A DNA stretch of 64,000 nucleotides, from assembly GCA_963780745.1 (NCBI GenBank), contig CAWACT010000010.1, positions 49,318 to 113,317 on the forward strand. Reading direction: 5' to 3'. Under the pieces are notes generated by a model. That model saw only the letters and a list, made by a program, of their open reading frames with translations, did not search any database and had not been told where the DNA came from. This document shows, piece after piece, positions 26,640 to 35,932 of the stretch (position 1 is its first letter; every line of letters begins with the position of its first letter). Source of the stretch: an uncultured Actinomycetes bacterium. GTDB lineage: Bacteria > Actinomycetota > Acidimicrobiia > Spongiisociales > DATADW01. The translations under genes were made by a program, and so were the position numbers.

Positions 26640-26671
26640 AGTACTAAGTACCAAGTACTGAGTACTGAGAC
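26640..26671 (+). repeat. AT-rich heptamer array AGTACTN x4 (plus a degenerate fifth)
   Basis: AGTACT 26640, AGTACC 26647, AGTACT 26654, AGTACT 26661, all read directly. Confidence 0.9.
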
Positions 26672-26674
26672 TTC

Positions 26675-26693
26675 TTCACACCTCGTTCACACC
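26675..26693 (+). promoter_or_regulatory. Direct repeat TTCACACC-N3-TTCACACC (11-bp period) upstream of TTGACC 26706-26711; candidate response-regulator site
   Basis: Read directly; the function is inferred. Confidence 0.35.
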
Positions 26694-26745
26694 CTCTCCA
26701 CGATCTTGACCCACGATGCGGTGGTCACAGATGAAAGGAGTGACC

Positions 26746-27117
26746 ATGAACCGTCGAGTCTGGTTGAGCGTGTTGCTCACCGTGCTCGTAATCGGTGTCG
26801 TCGCCGCCATCGGCTACGGCGTGTATCAGATCGGCTTCGATCAGGGGGTGGCCGCAACAGCCGGAGAAACGACCACGGTGATCCAAGCCGGTCACCGCGG
26901 CTATGGATGGGGATTCTTCCCCTGGTTCATCTTCCCGCTGTTCTTCTTCTTCCTGTTCTTCATCGGGAAGGCGTTCTGGTGGGGGCCCTGGCGAGGTGGA
27001 TGGGGCGGGCCGTACGGCGCCGGGCAGTACCGCGGCGGCCAAGGCGACGTCCCGCCGAATATCGACCAGCGTCTCACGACGTGGCACGAACAAGCCCACG
27101 CCGAGAAGCAGGAGTGA
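26746..27117 (+). CDS. Small membrane protein (123 aa) heading the two-component operon
   Basis: AAAGGAG 6 nt before ATG 26746; two TM segments, Gly/Trp-rich tail; GFFPWFIFP motif shared with the kinase. Confidence 0.65.
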   Translation: MNRRVWLSVLLTVLVIGVVAAIGYGVYQIGFDQGVAATAGETTTVIQAGHRGYGWGFFPWFIFPLFFFFLFFIGKAFWWGPWRGGWGGPYGAGQYRGGQGDVPPNIDQRLTTWHEQAHAEKQE

Positions 27118-27180
27118 TCCCAGGGCGCGGCCGGTTCAAGCCGGCCGCGCCTTTGGTGGCGAGATCGTGAGAATGGGGCG

Positions 27181-27861
27181 ATGCCCACAGTCCTGGTCGT
27201 AGACGACGAGCTCAAGATCACCCGGCTGGTGCGCGACTACCTGGAGCGGGCGGGCATGGCCGTGCTCACTGCTTCGGACGGCCCAGGGGCGCTTGCCGCG
27301 GTCCGGGCGGCAAGACCCGACCTGGTCGTCCTCGATCTTGGGCTCCCCGGGATGAGCGGGCTCGACGTGACCACCCAGCTTCGCCGCTCCAGCACCATCC
27401 CCATCATCGTGCTCACCGCCCGCAGCGAGGAAACCGACCGGGTTGTCGGGCTCGAGCTCGGTGCTGACGACTACGTGGTCAAGCCGTTCAGTCCCAAGGA
27501 ACTGGTGGCAAGGGTGCGCGCCGTGCTCCGCCGAGTTGAGGCGGCCCACGCCGGGGCCGACGTGATCGACGCCGCCGACATCACCATCGACGTCCCCCGC
27601 AGAAGGGTCACGGTGGGCGATGAAACCGTTGAGCTGACGGCCACCGAGTTCGACTTGGTGCTGACAATGGCGCGCCGACCAGGGCAGGTCTTCACCCGCT
27701 CGCAGCTGCTCGACGCGGTCCATGGCGTCGCATTTGAGTCGTACGAGCGGGCCATCGACGCCCATGTGAAGAACATCAGGCGGAAGCTCGAGCCCGACCC
27801 GCGCCACCCCCGTTACATCCAGACGGTCTACGGCGTCGGCTATCGGTTCGCCGATGCCTGA
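27181..27861 (+). CDS. OmpR-family response regulator
   Basis: VLVVDDE, DLVVLDLGLPGMSG receiver; wHTH C-terminus YIQTVYGVGYRF. Confidence 0.9.
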   Translation: MPTVLVVDDELKITRLVRDYLERAGMAVLTASDGPGALAAVRAARPDLVVLDLGLPGMSGLDVTTQLRRSSTIPIIVLTARSEETDRVVGLELGADDYVVKPFSPKELVARVRAVLRRVEAAHAGADVIDAADITIDVPRRRVTVGDETVELTATEFDLVLTMARRPGQVFTRSQLLDAVHGVAFESYERAIDAHVKNIRRKLEPDPRHPRYIQTVYGVGYRFADA

Positions 27862-28939
27862 CCGCCGGTCCCGCCACGGGCCTCCCCCGTGGTGGCCGGA
27901 GGAAGAGGGCTGGCCGCCGTCGTCGGCCGTGGGCCCGTGGAGGTCGTGGAGGCGGAGGGCGATCTGGCTCACGGTCGCCGGCGTGGGGGCGCTCATCCTC
28001 GTCTGGAGCGTGGCCGGGTTCTTCTTCTATGGTGGAGGCGGCCGTCCTGGGCGCGGCTTCTTCCCCTGGTTCATCATCCCCATCACCCTGTTGATCCTGT
28101 TCGCTGTGGGTCGGGGAGTCCGCCGCACCTGGGCCCCCATGGGGAGCCTCATCGACGCCACAAGCCGGCTGGCCGATGGCGACTACCGGGCTCGGGTGGA
28201 GCCCGCAGGACCACCGCAGCTGCGCCAGGTGATGAGTGCCTTCAACCGGATGGCCGGCCGGATCGAGGCGGCCGACGAGCAGCGGCGGAGACTGCTCGCC
28301 GACCTCAGCCACGAGCTGCGGACCCCGCTCACCGTGATCCAGGGAAGCGTCGAGGCGATGCTCGACGGGGTGCACCCTGCGGACGACGACCACCTGACTC
28401 GGTTGCTCGAGGAGACCCGGGTGCTCAGCCGGCTGCTCGACGACCTACGAACCGTGACGCTTGCCGAGGCAGGTCGGTTGTCGCTCCACCTCGAGCAGAC
28501 AGACATCGGGGCTCTAGTCGAGGACGCCGTCGCTTCGCTGTTGTCCCAGGCCGAGGATGCGCGGGTTTCGATGACGGTGGATGCGGGATCGGATCTGCCC
28601 GAGGTCGAGCTCGACCCCGTTCGGATCCGAGAGGTCGTGGTCAACCTGGTGATCAATGCGCTGCGGCACACCCCGCCGGAGGGGAGCGTCATCATCGATG
28701 TGGCCACAGACCCGGCCGGCGTTCTGGTATCCGTGCGAGACGACGGCACCGGGATCCAACCTGATGCCCTTCCCCATGTCTTCGACCGGTTCGTCAAGTC
28801 GGCCGACTCCACCGGGACAGGTCTTGGTCTGACCATTGCCCGAGACCTCGTCGAGGCCCACGGGGGCTCCATCACCGCGATCAGTTCGCCGGAGAGAGGG
28901 ACGACGGTGAACTTCACCATTCCGGTCCGTGCCCGCTGA
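27854..28939 (+). CDS. Sensor histidine kinase (2 TM, HAMP, HisKA, HATPase_c)
   Basis: H-box LADLSHELRTPLT, N-box VINALRHT, G-boxes DDGTGI / GTGLGLTIARD; 8-nt overlap with the RR gene. Confidence 0.9.
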   Translation: MPDRRSRHGPPPWWPEEEGWPPSSAVGPWRSWRRRAIWLTVAGVGALILVWSVAGFFFYGGGGRPGRGFFPWFIIPITLLILFAVGRGVRRTWAPMGSLIDATSRLADGDYRARVEPAGPPQLRQVMSAFNRMAGRIEAADEQRRRLLADLSHELRTPLTVIQGSVEAMLDGVHPADDDHLTRLLEETRVLSRLLDDLRTVTLAEAGRLSLHLEQTDIGALVEDAVASLLSQAEDARVSMTVDAGSDLPEVELDPVRIREVVVNLVINALRHTPPEGSVIIDVATDPAGVLVSVRDDGTGIQPDALPHVFDRFVKSADSTGTGLGLTIARDLVEAHGGSITAISSPERGTTVNFTIPVRAR

Positions 28940-29040
28940 GTCAAGCGACCGGCCCCTCCGGCCGATACCAGATCGGGACCCCAGGCTGAGCACAGGTTGC
29001 TGGCTATCGTGGCCCAGGCGGTCGAATTGTCGAAAGGGCG

Positions 29041-30630
29041 TTGGTGGAGTCCAGAACAGCGGTCGTGCTCGACGGTTCGAGCCTCACCGTCGGTGAAATC
29101 GTCTCGATTGGGCGCGGCGAGAGGGCGGTGACGCTCGATCCCGGCGCCATCGAACGGTGCATCGCCAGCCGCAGCTTTCTCGAGGAAGAAGTCGCCGCCG
29201 GCAAGGTGATCTACGGCGTCAACACCTCGTTTGGCCCGATGTGCAACAAGATCATCAGCGACGAGGAGATCGAGGCGCTCCAGGTCAACCTCATCCGGAG
29301 CCACGCCGCCGGATTGGGCGACCCACTCGATCCCGCTGTGGCCACCGCGGTCACCGCCGTCCGGCTCAACACATTGGTGAAGGGGTACAGCGGGGTCCGG
29401 ATTGAGTTGCTCGAGGCGTTGGCCGAGATGATCAACCGGGGCATCGCCCCTTACATCCCCGAGAACGGGAGCGTCGGTGCCAGCGGCGACCTCACCCACC
29501 TCGCCCATTTGGCGCTGGGTGTGATCGGTGAAGGTCAGCTCTTCTACAAGGGACGCCTGAGGCGAGCCCAGGAGGTGCTGGCCGAAGAGGGCCTCACCCC
29601 GGTCCGCCTCGCCTTCAAGGAGGGCTTGGCGATGATGAACGGGACGGCGGCCGCCACCGCCATCGCCGCTTTCGCCGTCCACGACGCCCGTCGGCTCCTC
29701 AACCTGGCCTGCGTCACCGGAGCGTTTGGGATCGAAGTGTTCGCTGGACTCGACGATGCCTTCGACGAGGACCTGCATCGCGTGAAGCCGCACCGCGGAC
29801 AGCAGCACATCGCCGACACCATCCGACTCCTGTGTCGTGATTCGAGCAACGTCACCAGCAGAGAGGGGATCCACTCGCTGATCCGGCAGGAGGAGACCAC
29901 CGGGCCCGTCTACGAGACAAGCCTCACCGTTCAGGACGTCTATTCGATCAGGTGCACCCCCCAGATTCTGGCGCCGGTGGTGGAGGCGATCGACGAGGCG
30001 ACCCGGGTGCTCGAGGTTGAGGCAAATTCGACCAACGACAACCCGCTGGTTTTTCCCGAGCAGCGCAAGGTGGTCCATGGGGGTAACTTCCACGGCCAGA
30101 GCGTCGGGTTCGTCTCCGATGTGCTGGCGATCGCCGTTTCGACGCTGTGCAACCTCTCGGAACGCCGCATCGCCAAGTACCTCGACGTGAAGCTCAACCA
30201 GGGCCTCCCCGAGTTCCTCATCGCCGGGACGGTCGGGCTCACTATGGGCTTTATGGGATCGCAGTACCTGGCCACATCGACCACCGCAGAGAACCGCCAG
30301 CTGGCCAACCCGGTGAGCACGCTCACAATCTCCACCAACGCCGCCAATCAAGATGTCGTCCCCATGTCCCCAGTGGCGGCGCGCAAGGCGCTTCGGGCTG
30401 TGGAGAACGCCAAGCACATCCTCACCCTCGAAGTTCTGGTCGCCATGCAGGCGCTCAGCTTCAGGGGTATCGACGGCCTCGGCACCGGAACGGGCCGGGT
30501 CCACGCCGTGCTCGACGAGCACTTCGAGCAGTACGACAACAACCGGGTCCTCCACGACGACCTCGTCCGCTTCCGCAGCCTGCTCTTCTCGTCGAATCTC
30601 CTCGACGACCTCAGTGGTTATCTGAACTAG
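29041..30630 (+). CDS. Aromatic amino acid ammonia-lyase family protein, HAL-type
   Basis: MIO triad in GSVGASGDLTHLAHL; selectivity pair S-H in NLIRSHAAG as in histidine ammonia-lyases. Confidence 0.8.
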   Translation: MVESRTAVVLDGSSLTVGEIVSIGRGERAVTLDPGAIERCIASRSFLEEEVAAGKVIYGVNTSFGPMCNKIISDEEIEALQVNLIRSHAAGLGDPLDPAVATAVTAVRLNTLVKGYSGVRIELLEALAEMINRGIAPYIPENGSVGASGDLTHLAHLALGVIGEGQLFYKGRLRRAQEVLAEEGLTPVRLAFKEGLAMMNGTAAATAIAAFAVHDARRLLNLACVTGAFGIEVFAGLDDAFDEDLHRVKPHRGQQHIADTIRLLCRDSSNVTSREGIHSLIRQEETTGPVYETSLTVQDVYSIRCTPQILAPVVEAIDEATRVLEVEANSTNDNPLVFPEQRKVVHGGNFHGQSVGFVSDVLAIAVSTLCNLSERRIAKYLDVKLNQGLPEFLIAGTVGLTMGFMGSQYLATSTTAENRQLANPVSTLTISTNAANQDVVPMSPVAARKALRAVENAKHILTLEVLVAMQALSFRGIDGLGTGTGRVHAVLDEHFEQYDNNRVLHDDLVRFRSLLFSSNLLDDLSGYLN

Positions 30631-30985
30631 ACGGAAGACGGAAGACGGAAGACGGAAGGCGGAAGTTGGAATCCGTCCCCCCGCAGGGGGGAAGGGACCC
30701 GCTGCGCAGCAGCGGAGTAGGAGGGCTACCGAGCTCCAACGGTGATCGACCCGCGGCCGTCGCACCCTAGGGAGTGAACCAGCCCCCCTCCCCCAACGCC
30801 TCCGGCGTCGGGTACTCCCCCCGCCGGGGGAGGGAAACATTGCTCCGTCCGCCCGCAGGGGGGAAGGGGCCCGCTGCGAAGCAGCGGGGAGGCGGGGATC
30901 GGCTCCCCCTCCCGGTGAGGGAGGGGGTTGGGGGGAGGGTGATTCCCGCCGCTCGCCCCAATCACCCCTCTGCTCGCTCCGGGGA
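30631..30985 (+). repeat. Mosaic repeat locus R3 (heptads 30631-30672, two module-B hairpin units, module C with G4 motif 30919-30939)
   Basis: Direct comparison with R1/R2/R5. Confidence 0.9.
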
Positions 30986-31022
30986 TCGGAAAAAAGGGGC
31001 CCTCAGTTCCGGGTATCGTCCT

Positions 31023-31050
31023 GACCCAGAACCCATGACCCAGAACCCAT
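31023..31050 (+). repeat. Perfect tandem 14-mer GACCCAGAACCCAT x2, ending 7 nt before the DoxX ATG
   Basis: Read directly. Confidence 0.9.
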
Positions 31051-31057
31051 AACCCTC

Positions 31058-31435
31058 ATGGACACTGCTCTTTGGATCGTGCAGTGGGTGCTTGCGGTGG
31101 CGTTCTTGATCTCGGGTCTGGGAAAGCTGCTCACCCCCGAGGACCGTCTTCGCAACAACAAGAACCTGAAGTGGATCGAGGACACCGGGGTCGAGCGGGC
31201 CCGGATCGCCGGAGGAGCCGAGGTCCTGGCATCGCTTGGCCTGATCCTCCCCGGCCTGACCGGCATCGCTCCGATCCTGACCCCTCTCGCAGCCATCGGC
31301 CTAGCGATCGTCATGCTGCTCGCCGCCCGACTCCATACCCGACGCAACGAGCCGCAGATCCGTGCAGTCAATTTGGTGGTTGTCGTGCTGGCGCTCTTCG
31401 TCGCCATCGGGCGCTTCATCATCACGGTCTCGTAG
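31058..31435 (+). CDS. DoxX-like membrane protein
   Basis: 4 TM segments; WIVQWVLAVAFLISGLGKL DoxX-like N-terminus. Confidence 0.7.
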   Translation: MDTALWIVQWVLAVAFLISGLGKLLTPEDRLRNNKNLKWIEDTGVERARIAGGAEVLASLGLILPGLTGIAPILTPLAAIGLAIVMLLAARLHTRRNEPQIRAVNLVVVVLALFVAIGRFIITVS

Positions 31436-31468
31436 GGTCGTTCGAGGGCGCGCCGGTAGGGTGTACCG

Positions 31469-31984
31469 ATGGATACCTGGGATGCGATTGCATCGCGCCG
31501 CAATGTCCGCCAATTCTCTCCGCAGCCGATCTCGCGAGACGACCTCGACCGGATCCTCGAAGCGGGACGGCGCACACCGTCGGCGGGCAACATCCAGCCT
31601 TGGGACTTCATCGTGGTCACCGACCCCCAAGTGCTCGCCGAGCTACCGCAAGTCTGGCGAGGCGCCGCCCACTTGGCCCGCGGCCAGGCAGCGGTCGTGC
31701 TGGTGGCTCCGGACGCTGCCGACCCTCGCACCCGAGAGCTGACCCAATACGATCTCGGCCAGGCGACGATGTCGATCATGCTGGCGGCTGCCGACCTGGG
31801 CATCGGCACCGGGCACTCCTCGGTGGACGATCAGGATCTCGCCAGGAGGTTGCTCGGTGTCCCCGACGACCGGGTCGTGGCGTGGATGATGGCTCTGGGC
31901 TACCCGGCCGACCGCCCGCTGGCCCCGATAGCCAAGCCAATGAGGCGACCATTCGACGAAGTGGTCCACCGCGAACGTTGGTGA
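31469..31984 (+). CDS. Nitroreductase family protein
   Basis: IASRRNVRQF, RTPSAGNIQPW motifs. Confidence 0.85.
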   Translation: MDTWDAIASRRNVRQFSPQPISRDDLDRILEAGRRTPSAGNIQPWDFIVVTDPQVLAELPQVWRGAAHLARGQAAVVLVAPDAADPRTRELTQYDLGQATMSIMLAAADLGIGTGHSSVDDQDLARRLLGVPDDRVVAWMMALGYPADRPLAPIAKPMRRPFDEVVHRERW

Positions 31985-32034
31985 CCAGCTAGTTACTCCT
32001 GGAACCAGGCCTCGGCTGGCGTAGCATCATCACC

Positions 32035-35000
32035 ATGGACGAGCTGCGGATCCATCTCTTGGGTGGGTTCCTCCTCGAATGGGGGCAGCATCCCATCCCG
32101 CTGATCCCGTCACGGCTCGGCCGGTCGCTGCTCGCCTACCTGGTGATCAATCGAAACCGGCCCCAGATGCGGGACTACCTAGGTGGGATGTTCTGGCCCG
32201 ACCTGTCCGAGGGACGGGCTCGGCGGCGGCTCAGCCACACGCTCTGGCAGGTGCAGGACGCACTGTCTGAAGTCTGCGACCCACAGCGGTTCTTGGCAAT
32301 CACACCCGATGAGCTCGCATTTGCACCCACCGCTCCTTACTGGCTCGATGTCGAAGAGTTCGAACGGACACTCGAGCAGGTTGGCCGGCCCGACCCGGCG
32401 AGGGCGCCGGCCGCCGACCTGGAGCGCTTGCGCCACTCAGTCGAGCTCTACCGAGGCGACCTCCTACCTGGTTTCTACGAGGAGTGGGTGGTTCTCGAGC
32501 AGGAGCGCTACCAACAGCTGTTTCTCAGCGCGCTCGAGCAACTGGTCTCGCTGGAGAAGGCCCACGGCAACCACGAGGAGGCACTCACCTACGCACGCCG
32601 GCTCACCCACCACGACCCGCTGCGAGAGGCATCACACCAAGAGGTGATGAGGCTTTGCTTCCTGCTGGGCCGGGTGAACGAGGCAATGGCCCAGTACCGG
32701 CGTTGCGCCTCGGTGCTCGCTGAGGAGCTTGGGACCCAGCCATCCCCCGACACCACCGCGCTATACGACAAGATTGCCCGCTACCGGCAAATCGGGCTGC
32801 GTCCGCTCGAAACGGAGCCGCCACCTCCTCTCTTCCAGCCGGGCGGCAAGGCGCCGTTCGTGGGAAGGGCCGAGGAGCGTGCCACCCTCGTCGACGCCTT
32901 GGAGAGCACGCTCGGCTCGCGAGGCGGGGTGGTGGTGGTCGAGGGCGAGGCAGGCATCGGCAAGACACGTCTTGTCCGTGAGATCACCGAAGACGCCCGC
33001 TGGCGGGGCTTCGACGTCCTCTGGGGCGCCTGCAACCAATTGGGCGCCCTGCGCCCCTACGAGGCTCTCACTTCGGCGCTTGCCGGAGGGCTCACCGTTC
33101 TCCGCACCGAACAGCTCTCCCAGCAGGTCGACGGGATCTGGCTGCGCGAGGTGGCTCAGCTCATCCCATCGCTCGAGATGTGGTCCTCGAAGCTCCCCGC
33201 GGCCGACTCGCTGCGGGGCAAGGAGGCCCAGGAGCGCAAGCAGGAGGCGCTGGTCCAACTGGTTCTGGCGATCGGCCGCCTGGCTCCGCACCTCATCGTG
33301 ATCGACGACCTGCAGTGGGCTGACAAGGACACCCTGCGGGCCCTGACCCGTTTGGTGGACAGGGTCTCGGCGAGCCAGGTACTGCTGTGTGTGACCTACC
33401 GGCATGACGAGGCGCGCCAACGGGCCGACGTCTGGGACGCCATCCGCGAGCTCGACCGGAAAGCCGGGCGGGGTCGAGTGCTTCTCGGGCCACTGTCGGT
33501 GTTCGACACCGCCGAGCTCGTCGGGCGGGGATTCGGCGCTACTCGTGTTCCCAACCGATTCGTCACCCGGCTCCACAGGGAAACCAGCGGAACCCCGCTC
33601 TTCGTCCTCGAGACCCTGCGCGTCCTCCACGAGGAAGGCCACTCACTGGCCGATTTGGAAACGTCGCAGCTCCCGCTCCCCGCCAGCATCTACCACCTTG
33701 TTGCCGGCCGGGTGGCCGCAGTCGAGCCAGAGGTCCGGTCGGTGCTGGAAGCAGTCGCCGTCCACTCCACCGATGTGGACCTGCCGGCGCTGTTGGCAAC
33801 GGCCGAGGGCTCGCGCCCGGCCGTCTTGGCGGCGGTGGACGAGGCGGAGCGCACCGGTCTGCTGGTCGGCAGTGGCGATGAATACGGCTTCTATCACGAC
33901 GCAGTCCGCCGGGTGGTTTATGGCGAGATACCGACGAAGCGACGCCGCTTGCTCCACATCAGGGTGGCCGAAGTACTCGGGGCGCAGCACCCCGAACGCT
34001 GCGAGGAACTGGCCCACCACTACACCGAAGGAGGGGTCAGCGACAAGGCGGCCGCGGCGACCTGGGAGGCGGCGCGGCGCGCCGAGAGGCTGTTCGGGTA
34101 TGAGACCGCTGCCCGCCACTATGCGGCCGCCGTCGAACTGGCGGGGCCCGCCGCCTTCTCGGCCGGACAGCGGTTCGAGCTGCTCGGCGAGTACGAGGCA
34201 ACCCTCGGCGTGCTGGGGCGGCGTCACGAGCAAGACGAGGTGCTGGGCGACATGGCGCAGCTCGCCGTTGACCGGCCCGACCGCCTTGGCGAAGTGGAAC
34301 GGCGGCGCGCCTGGCTGCTCGCCAACACCGACCGGTTCGCCGAAGCCGAGCAGGCGGCGCAGCGCGCCCTCGAGCTTGCGGGCACGCACGGAAGCCGAAG
34401 GCGGTGCACTTACCGCTCTGGGCGCAGCGCTGAGCTGGTCGGGCAAGGTGCGACAGGCCATCCCCCACCTCCGAGCCGCCCTCGAGGTCTACAGGGGTAA
34501 CGCGAGCAAGGAGCCCGAAGCCCGCTTGGCGCTGGGGACCGCACTCAGCTACGAGGAATACGACGAGGCTGAAGGTCAGCTCGAGGCAGCCCTCGACCTG
34601 TGTGTCCAGACCAACGATCAGCGCGGACAGGCGGAAGCGCTCGGGGGCCTCGCCTCCATCCAGATGGAACGCGGCGATGCATCGGCGGCGGAGCGGTCGT
34701 ACCGCCAGGCGCTCTCGCTCTGCCAGGACATGGGTTACCGCTACGGCGAGGCGGTCATGCTGGTGAACCTCGCCAACCACCACTACGTCTCGGGGCGTAC
34801 CGGGCAGGCGGTCGGCAGCTACGAGCAGGCGCTCGAGGTCTTCCGCGCCATCGGCAACGCACGCGGCGAGGCCATGGTGCGGGCCAACGCCGCTTCGGTG
34901 TACCACCAATTGCTCGGGGACGATGATCGAGCCGCCGAGTGGGCCGGCGCTGCCCTCGAGTTCTTCGAGGAGATAGGTGACGAGCGCGGCCAGGCCCAAT

Positions 35001-35848
35001 GCCTCGAAGTCCTGGGCGGGATCGCTCGCCGCCGCGGCAAACTCGCCCGGGCGCGGAGACTCCTCGAGTCGGGGATACACAAGGCGGAGGCGAGCGGACG
35101 GCGCTGGGTTGAAGTCCAGCTCCTGCGCGCCTTGGCTCTGCTCGATCTCGACGCCGGCGATAGCAGGTCCGCTCTGGCGAGGATCGACGAGGCCGAGGAG
35201 ACCTGCCGCCAGTTGGGCCTGAGGGACGTCGAGGTGAGTCTGCTCGCAGCGCGCGGCCGCGCCCTAGCCGCCAACGGGAACATGGAGTCGGCTCTGGAGG
35301 CGACGTCGGCGGCGATGCGCAGCCTCGGTCCCAGCGTCGAGCAGGGCTACCTCGTCCCACACGCCCATGCCACAGTCTTGGGGTTGGCACGACCCGAAGA
35401 ACCACGCAGTGAGTTCATCGACCAGGCGTACCGCGGCTTGATGGCGGTGCTCGAGGGTTTGCACCCCGATCAGCTGGAGAAGGCGCTCGCCGGGGTGCCG
35501 GAGCACCGCGCCATCGTCGACAACTGGGAGGAGACCGCCCCGCGCCGGGTGGCTCTGGCCATGCCGCGGCGCGATGTGCCTGTCGGCCGGACTCTGACCG
35601 ATGCTGATCTGATCGAAGTCACCTTGACGTTGGAGGTTCCGCCTGACGAGGCTGTCGAGGGCGAAGGCTCGCACCGTCGTAGCCGTCTTCTTCGGCTGCT
35701 TGGCCAAGCCGAGGAGCAGGGCGGGCTGCCCACCATCGACCACCTCGCTGCGGCGCTCTCGGTAAGCCCTGCCACGGTGAAGCGCGACCTCCAGATGTTG
35801 CGCGCCGAGGGGTTCCCGGTCCGCACCAGGGGCTCGCGTACCGGCTGA
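32035..35848 (+). pseudogene. AfsR-like regulator: SARP (OmpR-wHTH + BTAD), NB-ARC/AAA ATPase, TPR array, C-terminal DeoR-like HTH; one frame break near GGG 34380-34382
   Basis: ORF 32035..34500 (LLGGF...LWQVQDAL, BTAD, Walker A GEAGIGKT, hhhhDDLQWAD) joins ORF 33404..35848 at LELA|ARTEAEGGALTALG; C-terminus LAAALSVSPATVKRDLQMLRAEG. Confidence 0.8.
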
Positions 35849-35880
35849 GCCGGAGGTCGGTCGAAATATGTCTCGGGGGG

Positions 35881-35899
35881 GAGACACCTGCGAGACACC
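35881..35899 (+). promoter_or_regulatory. Direct repeat GAGACACC-N3-GAGACACC (11-bp period); candidate SARP binding boxes
   Basis: Read directly; the first box is also the right arm of TGTCTC-G6-GAGACA (35869-35886). Confidence 0.4.
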
Positions 35900-35932
35900 C
35901 TTGGGGGACCATAGGGCATTAAGGAGGTGTGG

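Noticed and set aside
28183-30840. 885-aa ORF on the minus strand, the longest in the window
   Set aside because: It is entirely antisense to the well-supported histidine kinase and HAL genes and runs into repeat R3. Its composition is Arg/Gly/Val-rich and no motifs are recognisable. This is the typical stop-free antisense frame of high-GC DNA.
32035-35848. SARP as a cluster-situated regulator of a secondary-metabolite gene cluster
   Set aside because: No PKS, NRPS, terpene or tailoring genes are adjacent. The neighbours are a nitroreductase, DoxX, a VOC protein and sugar catabolism genes.
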